A DNA stretch of 64,000 bases from Dendrobates tinctorius (lineage: Eukaryota): NCBI RefSeq assembly GCF_039654945.1, contig NW_027361824.1, positions 18,104,001 to 18,168,000 of the forward strand. Reading direction: 5' to 3'. This document shows, piece after piece, positions 53,201 through 64,000 of this stretch; the first letter of the stretch is position 1, and every line of letters starts with the position of its first letter. The position numbers were made by a program, and so were the translations under genes. The notes under the pieces were generated by a model, which saw nothing but the letters and a program-made list of their open reading frames with translations, did no database searches and was not told the origin of the DNA.

Positions 53201-54655
53201 CAAGAATATAACTACTATAATACTGCCCCCTATGTATAAGAATATAACTAATATAATACTGCTATTATGTACAAGAGCATACCTACTATAATACTGCCCC
53301 TTTGTACAAGAATATAACTGCTATAATACTGCCCCTATGTACAAGAGCATACCTACTATAATACTGCCCCTTTGTACAAGAATATAACTGCTATAATACT
53401 GCCCCTATGTACAAGAATATAACTACTATAATACTGCCCCCTATGTATAAGAATATAACTAATATAATACTGCTATTATGTACAAGAGCATACCTACTAT
53501 AATACTGCCCCTTTGTACAAGAATATAACTACTATAATACTGCCCCTATGTACAAGAGCATACCTACTATAATACTGCCCCTTTGTACAAGAATATAACT
53601 GCTATAATACTGCCCCTATGTACAAGAATATAACTACTATAATACTGCCTCTATGTACAAGTATATAACTACTATAATACTGCCCCCTATGTACAAGAAT
53701 ATAACTACTATAATACTGCTCCCTATGTACAAGAATATAACTACTATAATACTGCCCCTATGTACAAGAATATAACTACTGTAATACTGCCCCTATGTAT
53801 AAGAATATAACTACTATAATACTGCCCCTATGTACAAGAATATAACTTCTATAATACTGCCCCTATGTATAAGAATATAACTACTATAATACTGCCCCTA
53901 TGTACAAGAATATAACTTCTATAATACTGCCCCTATGTATAAGAATATAACTACTATAATACTGCCCCTATGTACAAGAATATAACTACTATAATACTGC
54001 CCCTATGTACAAGAATATAACTTCTATAATACTGCCCCTATGTATAAGAATATAACTACTATAATACTGCCCCTATGTATAAGAATATAACTACTATAAT
54101 ACTGCCCCTATGTACAAGAATATAACTTCTATAATACTGCTCCTATGTATAAGAATATAACTACTATAATACTGCCCCTATGTACAAGAATATAACTTCT
54201 ATAATACTGCCCCTATGTATAAGAATATAACTACTATAATACTGCCCCTATGTACAAGAATATAACTACTATAATACTGCCCCTATGTACAAGAATATAA
54301 CTTCTATAATACTGCCCCTATGTACAAGAATATAACTACTATAATACTGCCCCTATGTACAAGAATATAACTTCTATAATACTGCCCCTATGTACAAGAA
54401 TATAACTACTATAATACTGCCCCTATGTATAAGAATATAACTTCTATAATACTGCTCCTATGTACAAGAATATAACTACTATAATACTGCTCCTATGTAC
54501 AAGAATATAGCTACTATAATACTGCCCCCTATGTACAAGAATATAACTATAATACTGCCCCTATGTACAAGAATATAACTTCTATAATACTGCCCCTATG
54601 TATAAGAATATAACTACTATAATGCTGCCCCTATAGAAATGTAACTACTATAATA
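50268..54655. repeat. 35-36-bp AT-rich minisatellite, ~125 copies
   Basis: Unit TACAAGAATATAACTACTATAATACTGCCCC(C)TATG. Confidence 0.97.
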
Positions 54656-55244
54656 CATCCCTCTATGGCAGTATCTCTTAGTTTGTCCTGTTCGTCTGTA
54701 GTGGTGGCGGTCAGTACACTGGGACCTACTGTCAGCCATTACTGAGGTTTCCGGGAGCTTTAATAATTGATGTTCTTCGTCCTGGTGAGATGATTGGACG
54801 GTTCCTGGTAGACAGTGACCTTCATGGACGTCCTCTTGCAGTATGTGGCGGTGGAGTTTATTGATATGTACAGATGTCGGTTATTGATCCATTACTGCTG
54901 ACTTCTGTATGACTCCTATTATTTTCTTTACTTTCTATTCTACAACCAATTTGTGGCCTCCTCAGAGTTTATCACCCAGCTTTTCCATAGTCTGTGAGTC
55001 ACAGAAAGCTGAGTGACCATTGGCCACTGCTGTAATGATTAATTTCCATAGTCTGCACATGCTCAGTACATGAATGACCCAGTTGCATGATGGGACACGC
55101 AGTCCACCTGAAGTAAACCGCCTCACAGACATTTGCAACTGTCTTCCTACCTGTCAGACAGTTTGATCTAGTCCAGTCATGATGAAAAACTATACATAGG
55201 CAGCAAGTCAGGTATGTTTTCCAAAAGGGCGACCATCACACAGA

Positions 55245-56620
55245 TTGTCACGCAGCTTTCCTATGACCCTGAATGATGAAGCTACACAGTTACAGTCAAT
55301 CAAAAGTCGGGATCTGCACTGTTTATATTAAGGATTTTTGGAAAGCTGAGTTAACAACCCTGTCATGGGAGCCATACTGGTGGTCACACAGCTTTTCTGG
55401 AATCCTGAATGTTAAATTTCTCTTAGGACTTCCTTTGAATCCTGAGCGATTTCTGCCCTGTTATACCACCACATAGAGGGACTGAATCTGTTGCTTCATA
55501 TCTAGACTGCTTTGCCAATCAGTATTTTGGCAAAGTCACAATCCATGTCACGGCAGCCATATTTGGGGGCACCCAACTTTTCTAGTATCCTGTATGATAT
55601 ATCCACTCAATTATACAGATCTGCAAGAAAGCATGGGCATCTTTATGTAGAACTTGGCTGCTTTGCCATTCAGGATTTTGGGAAAGTTGAGTTATAAAAC
55701 CCCTGTAATGACAGCCATTCAGGTATCCTGAATAATAATCCTGCCCAGTTGTACAGGTAAAAGTCCAGACCCTTTTCTGTCTAAGTTGGCTAGTTTACCT
55801 TTTTTGAATCTGTGAAAGTTATCACAAACCCTGTCGCGGCAAACATATTTGCGATCACCTAGCTTTCCTAGGATCCTGAATGTTACATTTGCCTTGTTAT
55901 ACAGCCATATATAGATAGGGACCTATTATTCCATAACTAGACCATGTTATCATTCAGGTTGCTGGGAAAACTGAGTCAAAATCCTTGCGAATTGCTGGTC
56001 ACCCAGCTTTCCTAGAATCCCGAACCTTGTCTGCCCACTTATACAGGCATATTGAGCAGAGACCATTTGCATAACTCAGCTGGGTTTCCATTCAGGAATC
56101 TGAAAATTTGTCACAGCCCCTGTTATGGCACACATATTGGGAATCACCCAGCTTTCCTGGAATCCTGAATGGGAAACACGCTCAGCTATACACGTGTGCA
56201 AAAACCAAGATCGTTTATTGCCTAAATTGTCTGGATTACCTCTCAGAAATCTGTAAAAGTCATCACAACCCTTGTTTTACTAACCATATTGTTTATCACT
56301 CAGCTTTACTAGAATCCTGAATGGCATATCTTCCCAGATATACAGGCATGCAAAAACTGGGACCTTTTATTGTCTAACTCAGCTGGCTTGCTTTTCAGGA
56401 AGCTGGAAAAGTTATAGCCCAGGTCATGGCAGCCATATTAGCAGTCACCCAGCTTTCTTAGAATACTGAATATCCTGTTATACAGCTGGACAGAAGTTGT
56501 GAATCTTTCACTGCAAATCCAGATTGGTTTGACTTTCAGTATTCTGGAAAAAGTTGACAGCCCCTGTCTTGGCAGACAGATTGGCTGTCACCCAGCTTTT
56601 CCAGATCCAGATAAATGTAT
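55245..56620. repeat. Old diverged tandem repeat with ~145-bp period
   Basis: Recurring TCACCCAGCTTTCCTAGAATCCTGAAT near 55248, 55384, 55571, 55856, 55999, 56144, 56296, 56445 and 56588. Confidence 0.8.
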
Positions 56621-58449
56621 GTTTTTTTTGGCCAATGATCCTATTGACTCGTCTGGGGAGAACGTGCCCCTGTTGTGCGTGTGTGTGTGGCACAGTGTAG
56701 CAGTGGGTGTGGACACAGAGAAGTTTGGGCACCGTCCTGCAGATAGATGAGACGCAGCGTCCCTCCCAGCATCAGCATCCATCCCTGCTTGCTCGCGCTC
56801 CCACACACTCGTCTCCTCTCCATCCAGTAGCACATATTCCAGCGGTGAGTAACATCCCAGATGTCTGTCGTTCATATACGTAACCTCGCTGATGTAGCAG
56901 AGCCGAGTTTGTCATTTATCATCTGTGCTTTTACATAGGACTGCAGGTAAAACCTACTGCATTATCTTAACTCTTTGACTTCTCCTGATATAACTTTTCC
57001 AGCTCTGCTACATCATTACTTGTAAGTTGCTGGGACATTGAAAAAAAAAAAACCTGCAGTCCTTGCTGGGGGTTGTAGTTCCATAATATATTTTTCCAAT
57101 CGCTTTGATTATGTTCTTTGGGTTGTAGGATATCTGAATTTGTCATTTGACGCAACTCTCCACGTGTCAGGGGTTTTTACATAGGACTTCAGCTGCAACA
57201 TCTTAACTGCTTTAAATATGAAATGACAAACTCAGCACTGCTACATCCAGAAAAAAGAGGAAATGTAATCCTGCTCCAGACTTTTTCCTCTGGGGGTTGT
57301 ACTTCTACTATGATGTCATTTTCCTCCTGTTATATTTTCTGTGAGTTAGTTCCTTTGGGTTGATGTAGCAGAGCTGAGTATGTCATTTGTCATTTTTCTT
57401 TTTATTTGCATTGGAAGTGACAAAACTGAGAAATGACAAAATCAGCTCTGCTACATCTTATGTCGCCTTGCACAGTGCAAGTGCAGCTTCAAGACAAGGT
57501 TTTATTAATCCTCGGTGTTTTAAACACATCTCCAGATTTATTTGATTTGTGAGAATTTTGGACAAATTTTCTATGCTGAGATGTAGCAGTGCTGAGTTTG
57601 TCATTTGGTCCAACTCTAGGCCATATTGCAATGTGTTATCATTGGTTTTACATAGGACCGCAGACAAACCTTTGCCATTATCTTAGATTTTCAGTGCACA
57701 GAGAAAGTTTAGCTCTGTATTTTTATAATCTTAGAGGCAGCGGCAGGAAATGTGGCCAGAACTGCGACATAATGGCGCGTGGTTCAGTTAAAATTCACCG
57801 TGACCTGCCCCAAGAAAATGTCCACCCAGGTCAATGGCAAAAATTCACTTTGTGCCTCGGAAAAATGTGCCAAAAATGCCTTTGAGCGTAATGACAGGTT
57901 CAGCCCTGCTACATCTGCATGCAGAATATAGATGGTAGTGATGTTGGGTATTTTTCTTGTTTATTATTACGGCCGGAATGTGACACAGACAATTCTGGAA
58001 CTGGTCAATTGTAGCTGCCGCACGTCCCCCTGGTAAACACGGAGAGGAGATTATAACACAGCACAATACCCAAACCGGACCCAAACCGGACATACAAAGT
58101 TTTAATTTGGTTTTTAATTTACTTTTTCTTTCTTTGCTTATATTTCATCTTGATTTTTTATGTCTTGTGATTGTTGCAATTTTTTTTTCTAGTTTTGTAA
58201 ATTTTCCATTTTTTATTTTCTCTTTTATTCTATTTTTTTCATATTTTTTTGTTTTATTTTTGCATCTATTTTTTTTTTACATTTATGCATAATTTTTTGT
58301 CATTTTTGCATATTATATATTGACTGATTTGTCATTTTTACATTTTCTTTTAGTTTTCTTTAGTTCTGTCATTTTGCAATTCTTCTTACTTTATTTATTG
58401 TGGATTCCTTCAGTTTTGGAATCCATGATTTTATATTTTCATTCAGAAT

Positions 58450-59385
58450 TTTCTTACTTCCCCCTTCCCTCTCTCTTCCTCCCTTTCTCGTCCTTCCTCT
58501 CCCTTCCTTGCTCTTCCATTCTCTTTCTTCCTTCCTCTCTCTTCCTCCCTTGCTCTTACTTACTTCCTCACTCTTCATTCCTTCCTCACTCTTCCTCCGT
58601 CACTCTTCCTTCCCCTCTTCCATCCTCTCTCTTCCTCCGTCTCTCTTCTTCCCTCGCTCATCCTCCCTCTCTCTTGCCCCCTTTATCTTCCTTGCTCTCT
58701 CTTCCTTCCTCTCTCTTTTTTTCTCTTGTCTTCCTTCCTTGCTCTTCCTTCCTCTTTGTTACATTTTCTCTCTTCCTTCCTCTCTCTTCCTCCCTCTCTT
58801 CCTTCCTTGTTCTTCCTTCCTCTCTGTTCCATTCTCTCTCTTTGTCACTTGCTCTTCCTTTCCTTGCTCTTCCTTCTCTCTCTTCCTTCCTCTATCTTTC
58901 ATTCTCTCTTTTCCTCCCTCTTTCTTCCTCTCTCTTTCTTCCTCTCTTCCATCCTCTCTCTACCTTCTGCTCTTGTACTTTTTCTCTCTTCCTCCCTCTC
59001 TCTCTCTTCCTTTCTTTCTCTTCCTCTCTCTGTCTTCCTCCCTGTCTCTTCCTTTATCTCTCTTCCCCACTCTTCCCTTTCTCCCTTGTTCTCTCTTTCT
59101 CCCTCTCTCTTACTTCTTCTCTCCTCCTCTCTGTCCTCTCTTCCTTCTTCTCGTTTACTTATTCTCTCTTCCTTGTTCTCTCTCTTCCTTCTTCTCTCTC
59201 TTCCTTATTCTCTCTTCCTTGTTCTCTCTCTCCCTTCTTCTCGTTTACTTATTCTCTCTTCCTTGTTCTCTCTCTTCCTTCTTCTCTCTCTTCCTTATTC
59301 TCTCTTCCTTGTTCTCTCTCTTCCTTCTTCTCTCTCTTCCTTCCCTTTCTCTGTCTCTCTTGTTCTCTGTTCCTCTCTCTATATT
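58450..59385 (+). repeat. ~930-bp polypyrimidine (CT-rich) tract, preceded by a T-rich tract from ~58100
   Basis: Almost purine-free plus strand; exact ~90-bp duplication (59151 vs 59241). Confidence 0.95.
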
Positions 59386-60664
59386 TATAGTCTGGTACAT
59401 ATTTGCATTAGTATAAGCCCAATGTGAAGCTAATATTGCAGGGGGATCTTGTGTGGTCCTTCCATTATTTTAGGTTGCGTCCATTTAATAAGTATTGTCG
59501 GGGTCTGTTCTCACTGGGCTGCGGTTGAGGTGGTCGTAGGAAGCGGTATGGCTGAAATGTCCAAGCAAGTTTATTAAAACTGCATAAACCGCTGTTGATA
59601 GCCAAAAGAAACGAGCAGCCTTTTCTGGCAGAAAGTGAAAAGCAAACAGGAAAATAACCAGTCCATACAGCACTGCGGGCCCGCCCGCTCAGGGCAGTGT
59701 CTTCAGCACACACGATGGAGGTCTCCACACCTCCAGCCACAGACACTGAATGAGACATCTGGCCTCCATTTTATTATCCAAACGATGCCCCTGGGGTGGG
59801 GATATGTGAGCCGTCATTCCCACCCAGCTCTTATGACCGCTCGTAATACCCGGCCCTGGAACGGCCAAATAACTCTCCCAGCACTATATGTGCTGGAGCA
59901 TACTTCCGAGCTCACATCACTGCAGCTAACAGCCGTGATGACACATATCTCCCCTCCAGGACTCGGCCGTCAGCCATCTTACAATATATTCCAGGTTTAG
60001 CAATCAAAACATACAAAAGTTTAAAGCATTTTCCAAAATATTTTCTATATCAGTTGCATTCAGTTTTCAAGATCTCTGCTTGCTGTCACTACTTCCGGGT
60101 GACAAATCACACAGTTGCATGACTCAGATAATTCGACTCTACCTGTACCGGTTTGTCCTTATGTGCCGATCCTGTATGGAGGCACATGGTGCCTTATAGC
60201 TCAGTGATGCATGTCGCTCTATGGCTTTGGGGATGCAGAGGCTGCAGCTGCAACTGGGTCCTAGTGCCACTGTGGGCCCAAGGGTGAGATAAAGAAAAAA
60301 ACTTGCTAGAAAGCAGCCACAGCACAAAGGACTTTAGAAGTGTAGCTGTAAATCCAGCTCTAGTGTAGTTAGTAGAAATCAGCAGCATGGAGCACACCAT
60401 ACATCAGTACTGTGCAGTGTAGCTGTGAATCCTGCATTGACGGTGAAATAAACACTTAGTAGAAAGCAGCACTGTCTCTGAATAGAACAAAAAGCAAAAA
60501 GCTTTTTGCTTTTTGTTTTCTCTGGTTAATGGTCATGTGTTAATATGCACTTACATTGTGCATACACATTAATTTACTTTCTCAGTTCAGACTCCAGTTT
60601 TTTTACTGTCTCTGTATAGGTTTGTGCCTCTCTCTTAATTACTGGTGGCCCCTCACCTTTAATG

Positions 60665-61660
60665 TATGTATTACATACACTACACACAGTACAGATAGTA
60701 CCCATACACTATACATACATTACACACACTACATGTATTACATACACACTACACACACTACAGATAGTACATATACACTATACATACATTACACACAATA
60801 CGTTCCATTCATTATACATATACTACATACACTAAATATGCTATACTGAAATTACGTACACTTCCAGTAGTAAATATACACTATTTGTTCCACACACACA
60901 ATGCATACACACTGATTACACTATACACACTGCGTACATTACACATTGAACACACTATACTTATACTAAACCCACTAGTGAGTACATATACACTATACAT
61001 ACATTACACACACACTACATACACAATATAAATATATACTACATACGGTACATAAATGAATACACTATACTTTCACTACACATACTACAGATAGTACATA
61101 CACACATTACACACACACGTCATACATTATACACACTGATTATACTATACACACTACACACATTACACACATTATACTTATGCTACTCCCAATACAGATA
61201 GTATATATACATTACACAGACACACTACCTACACAATATTAATATACTGTACACTACAGGTACATATTCATATTGTGCACACACACTTCATACATATACT
61301 ATACACAATACATACATTACACACTGTGCTTATACCACTCCCACTACAGATCACACACATACACTATACATTGCACACACACTACATACACTTTATATAT
61401 GCTGCATACATTACATACTCTGAATACACTATTGGTACACTACACATACTACAGATAGTACATATACACATTACACACTTCATACATTATATACTGTATA
61501 TACTATACACAATACATATATTACACACTGTAGTTATAACACTCCCACTACAGATCGTACTTACACACTATACATTACACACACTATATACACTTTGTAT
61601 ATACTACACACACTATATACTCTGAATACAATACGCTATACATATACTACATGGAGTTAA
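60665..61660. repeat. Degenerate (CA/TA)-rich low-complexity tract
   Basis: Recurring ACACTACAGATAGTACATATACAC-like motifs. Confidence 0.85.
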
Positions 61661-61674
61661 TACACTACCTGCAT

Positions 61675-61800
61675 TACCAGTCAAAAGTTCGGACACACCT
61701 GTTCACCCATTGGTTTTGCTTGTTGTTATTTTAAAGTGAATATTATAGGTTCAGACTAAAGGCAACAAAACCACAAAGGAAGGAACAGATATGGAAACAA
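61675..61800 (+). mobile_element. Tc1-like TIR remnant
   Basis: ACCAGTCAAAAGTTCGGACACACCT resembles Tc1-family termini. No partner end found. Confidence 0.45.
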
Positions 61801-62299
61801 GGGGTAAAGGAACACCTGCTAGTACTGGAGAATCCTTTATCCATATGTGTAAGAGTCAAAATCTCAGATTTACTGCTTTTATTTTTTTTTTTTTTGTCAC
61901 CTCCAGAGCTGCATTTAGAATTGTGCTGTTACCAAAGTGCAGTGTATTGTGGGAGGTTGGCTGACTCTGGTATCAGGGCAGCAGTCAGTGCTCAACCTCA
62001 ATTATGTGGATTGAATCTCAGATAAGTGTGGGTCGTACCTCCAAAAACCCCACGTTTTGAAGAAACGGGTCCTCTTTGGCTGTTATACACTTGAATTGGG
62101 GTAATCACATCCATGGCCACCACAACTGGTGGAATGGGGTTAGATGATTCCCATGCTTTTAGTAGAATTCTGCATCTAGGATAACCTTCTTGGAGAATGG
62201 TGATGTCTGGTGTAACCTTTCTCTGATTCCATTCCAGCTCTTCTGTTGAAAGTTCTTCCATAAAAGTAGGCGATTGCAACCCCGATAAAATTTTAAGCC

Positions 62300-62981
62300 A
62301 TGGATAAGATTTTAGAAGCCGTCATGCAGTCTTCTTACCCCATGTACGTCAAGCAGAGCTTGGCACGACGTGTAATCGAAGCTTCCAAGCAGCCTATTGA
62401 CATTGAGCAATGCTGGTCCATGTTAGAACTATCCACAAAGCTCTACTTTTTGGGAGAATCTCGTTTCGCTAGGGAAACCGCTAGAGAAATTCTGGAAGTC
62501 TATGGCACGTACCATCCAGAAGAATTTGAGGAATTTTTTAATGTCAGGTTCATATTGAGTCTTCTACAGGAGGGATATGGGCCTCTCGGAAAGAGACATG
62601 CTTATACCTTAGAATACATACATCTCGGCCTCCAATTTGTGTTGGACAAACCTTCCACCGAGGAGATCTTCAGGCTTTTGAGGGTAGAAGTCCTCCGTAT
62701 CGTGTGCGAAAGACCAAGTCTTAAGATCTGCGTGAGGGTCAGCAAACTCTTGACCTCACACCCTCAATGTATTCCGGAAGGGAACCACCAGCTCTTGTTC
62801 TGCCAGCAGCTGGTACGATGTATCGGACAGTTCCACTGTCATTCCGAAGGAGAGGAAGGGATCCTACAGTTTCTTGACCAGGTGAACAGAGTCAGTGCCC
62901 TTCTGCAAAGTATCTGGAGGCTTCAGACGTCTCTGGTTCTTCCATCACTCAAGGAAGTATTTACTATTATATCTCTAACAG
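62300..62981 (+). CDS. USP35: Ubiquitin carboxyl-terminal hydrolase 35, first coding exon (gene continues past the window)
   Basis: GCCATGG Kozak context. MDKILEAVMQSSYPMYVKQSLARRVIEAS... matches the USP35/USP38 N-terminal region. 682 nt ending in phase 1 at GTAAGA. Synteny with ALG8 and NDUFC2 favours USP35 over USP38. Confidence 0.9.
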
Positions 62982-63024
62982 GTAAGAAGTTATGAAAGAA
63001 GAAAGGTACATCGCATTGGATTAT

Positions 63025-64000
63025 CTGGGTCCTTCATATAGAGACAGACCGGGTCCTAGATATAGTGACAGGCTGGGTCCACCATTCTGTGACAGGCCGG
63101 GTCATCCATATAGTGGCAGGTCAGGTCTACCGTGCAGCGACAGGCCAGGTCTTCCTCCTTACAGCGACAGGCCAGGTCTTCCTCCTTACAGCGACAGACC
63201 AGTTCCTCCATATAGCGACAGACTGGGTCCTCTATACAGCGACAGGCTGTATGCTCCTTACAGGTAGAGACCTGTTTCTCCATATAGCGTCAGAGCGGGT
63301 CCTCCATATAGTGGTAGGCTGTGTCCACTGTATAGCAATATGTCGGGTCCTCCATATAGTGACAGCCCGGGTCTACTGTACAGCGATAGGTCTGATATAC
63401 CAAATAGCGATAAGCCGTGTCCTCCTTACAGCGACAGGCTGGGTCCTTCTTATAGTGACAGGATGGCTCCTCCTTACAGAGACAGGCAGGATATTCCTTA
63501 TAGTGACAGGCCAGATCCACCATAGCAATTGGCCAGGTTATCCTTTTAGAGACAGGACGGGTCTCCCTTATAGTGACAGGATGTGTCCACCATATAGCAA
63601 TAAGCTGGGTCCTCCTTACAGTGACAAGCCGGGTCCACCATATAGTGACAGGCCATGTCTTCCTTATAGTGACAGGCTGCGTCCACCATATAACTACAGG
63701 CCAGATCCACCACATAGTGATAGAACTGGATGAGTGAGAGACCATTTTTTCCTTATAGTGACAGGCCGTCTCTTCTAGTGACAGGCCAGATCCACCACAT
63801 AGCGATAGACTGTATTCACCATATAGTGACAGGCGGGGTCCTCCTTGCAGCAACAAGCCGGGTCTTCATTGTAGTAACGGGCCGCATCTTTCATATAATG
63901 ACAGGCCTGATTCAACATAAAGTCACAGGTCGGGTCTTCATTATAGTAACAGGCAGAGTCTTCTTTATAATGACAGGCCACGTCCACCATATAGTGACAG
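63025..64000. repeat. Diverged 24-27-bp minisatellite at the start of the USP35 intron
   Basis: Unit CCATATAGTGACAGGCCGGGTCCT / CCTTACAGCGACAGGCCAGGTCTTCCT. Confidence 0.9.

Noticed and set aside
58320-59427. 233-356-aa Leu/Ser/Phe-rich 'membrane protein' ORFs
   Set aside because: A CT-rich tract rarely forms stop codons, and it is open in all three frames.
61998-62279. 93-aa minus-strand ORF or a WVVP word as a KCTD21 remnant
   Set aside because: No BTB motif and no extended similarity. The 4-aa match is on the opposite strand from the expected KCTD21 and is expected by chance.
62992-63990. Pro/Tyr/Ser/Asp/Arg repeat ORFs (PPYSDRPG), superficially like an RNA Pol II CTD
   Set aside because: They lie after the USP35 GTAAGA donor and are a diverged 24-bp minisatellite with frameshifts and stops.

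Overview
Eukaryotic, intron-rich DNA. It is most likely from an anuran (frog), which I infer from the repeat families and cannot confirm. Three host genes are present, in the order known from human 11q14. (1) NDUFC2 on the minus strand: exons 1-2 are here and exon 3 was not found, so it presumably lies left of the window. (2) A complete 13-exon ALG8 on the minus strand (49688->25187, 1611 nt, 536 aa), with a U12-type intron 4. (3) The first coding exon of USP35 on the plus strand (62300..62981). KCTD21, which sits between ALG8 and USP35 in human, is not visible. The rest is nested mobile DNA (hAT, L2, CR1, Tc1, Helitron, piggyBac-like, Kolobok/T2 foldback MITEs, two solo LTRs, a V-SINE) plus at least seven minisatellite arrays, several of which arose inside or were inserted into transposons. 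There is no CRISPR array, rRNA, true tRNA or prokaryotic system, and the long low-complexity ORFs are repeat artefacts. I found no convincing new protein-coding system. The best leads are structural: transposon-seeded minisatellites filling introns, a U12 intron inflated more than 20-fold by nested insertions, a ~630-bp-arm intronic hairpin, and the apparent absence of KCTD21.
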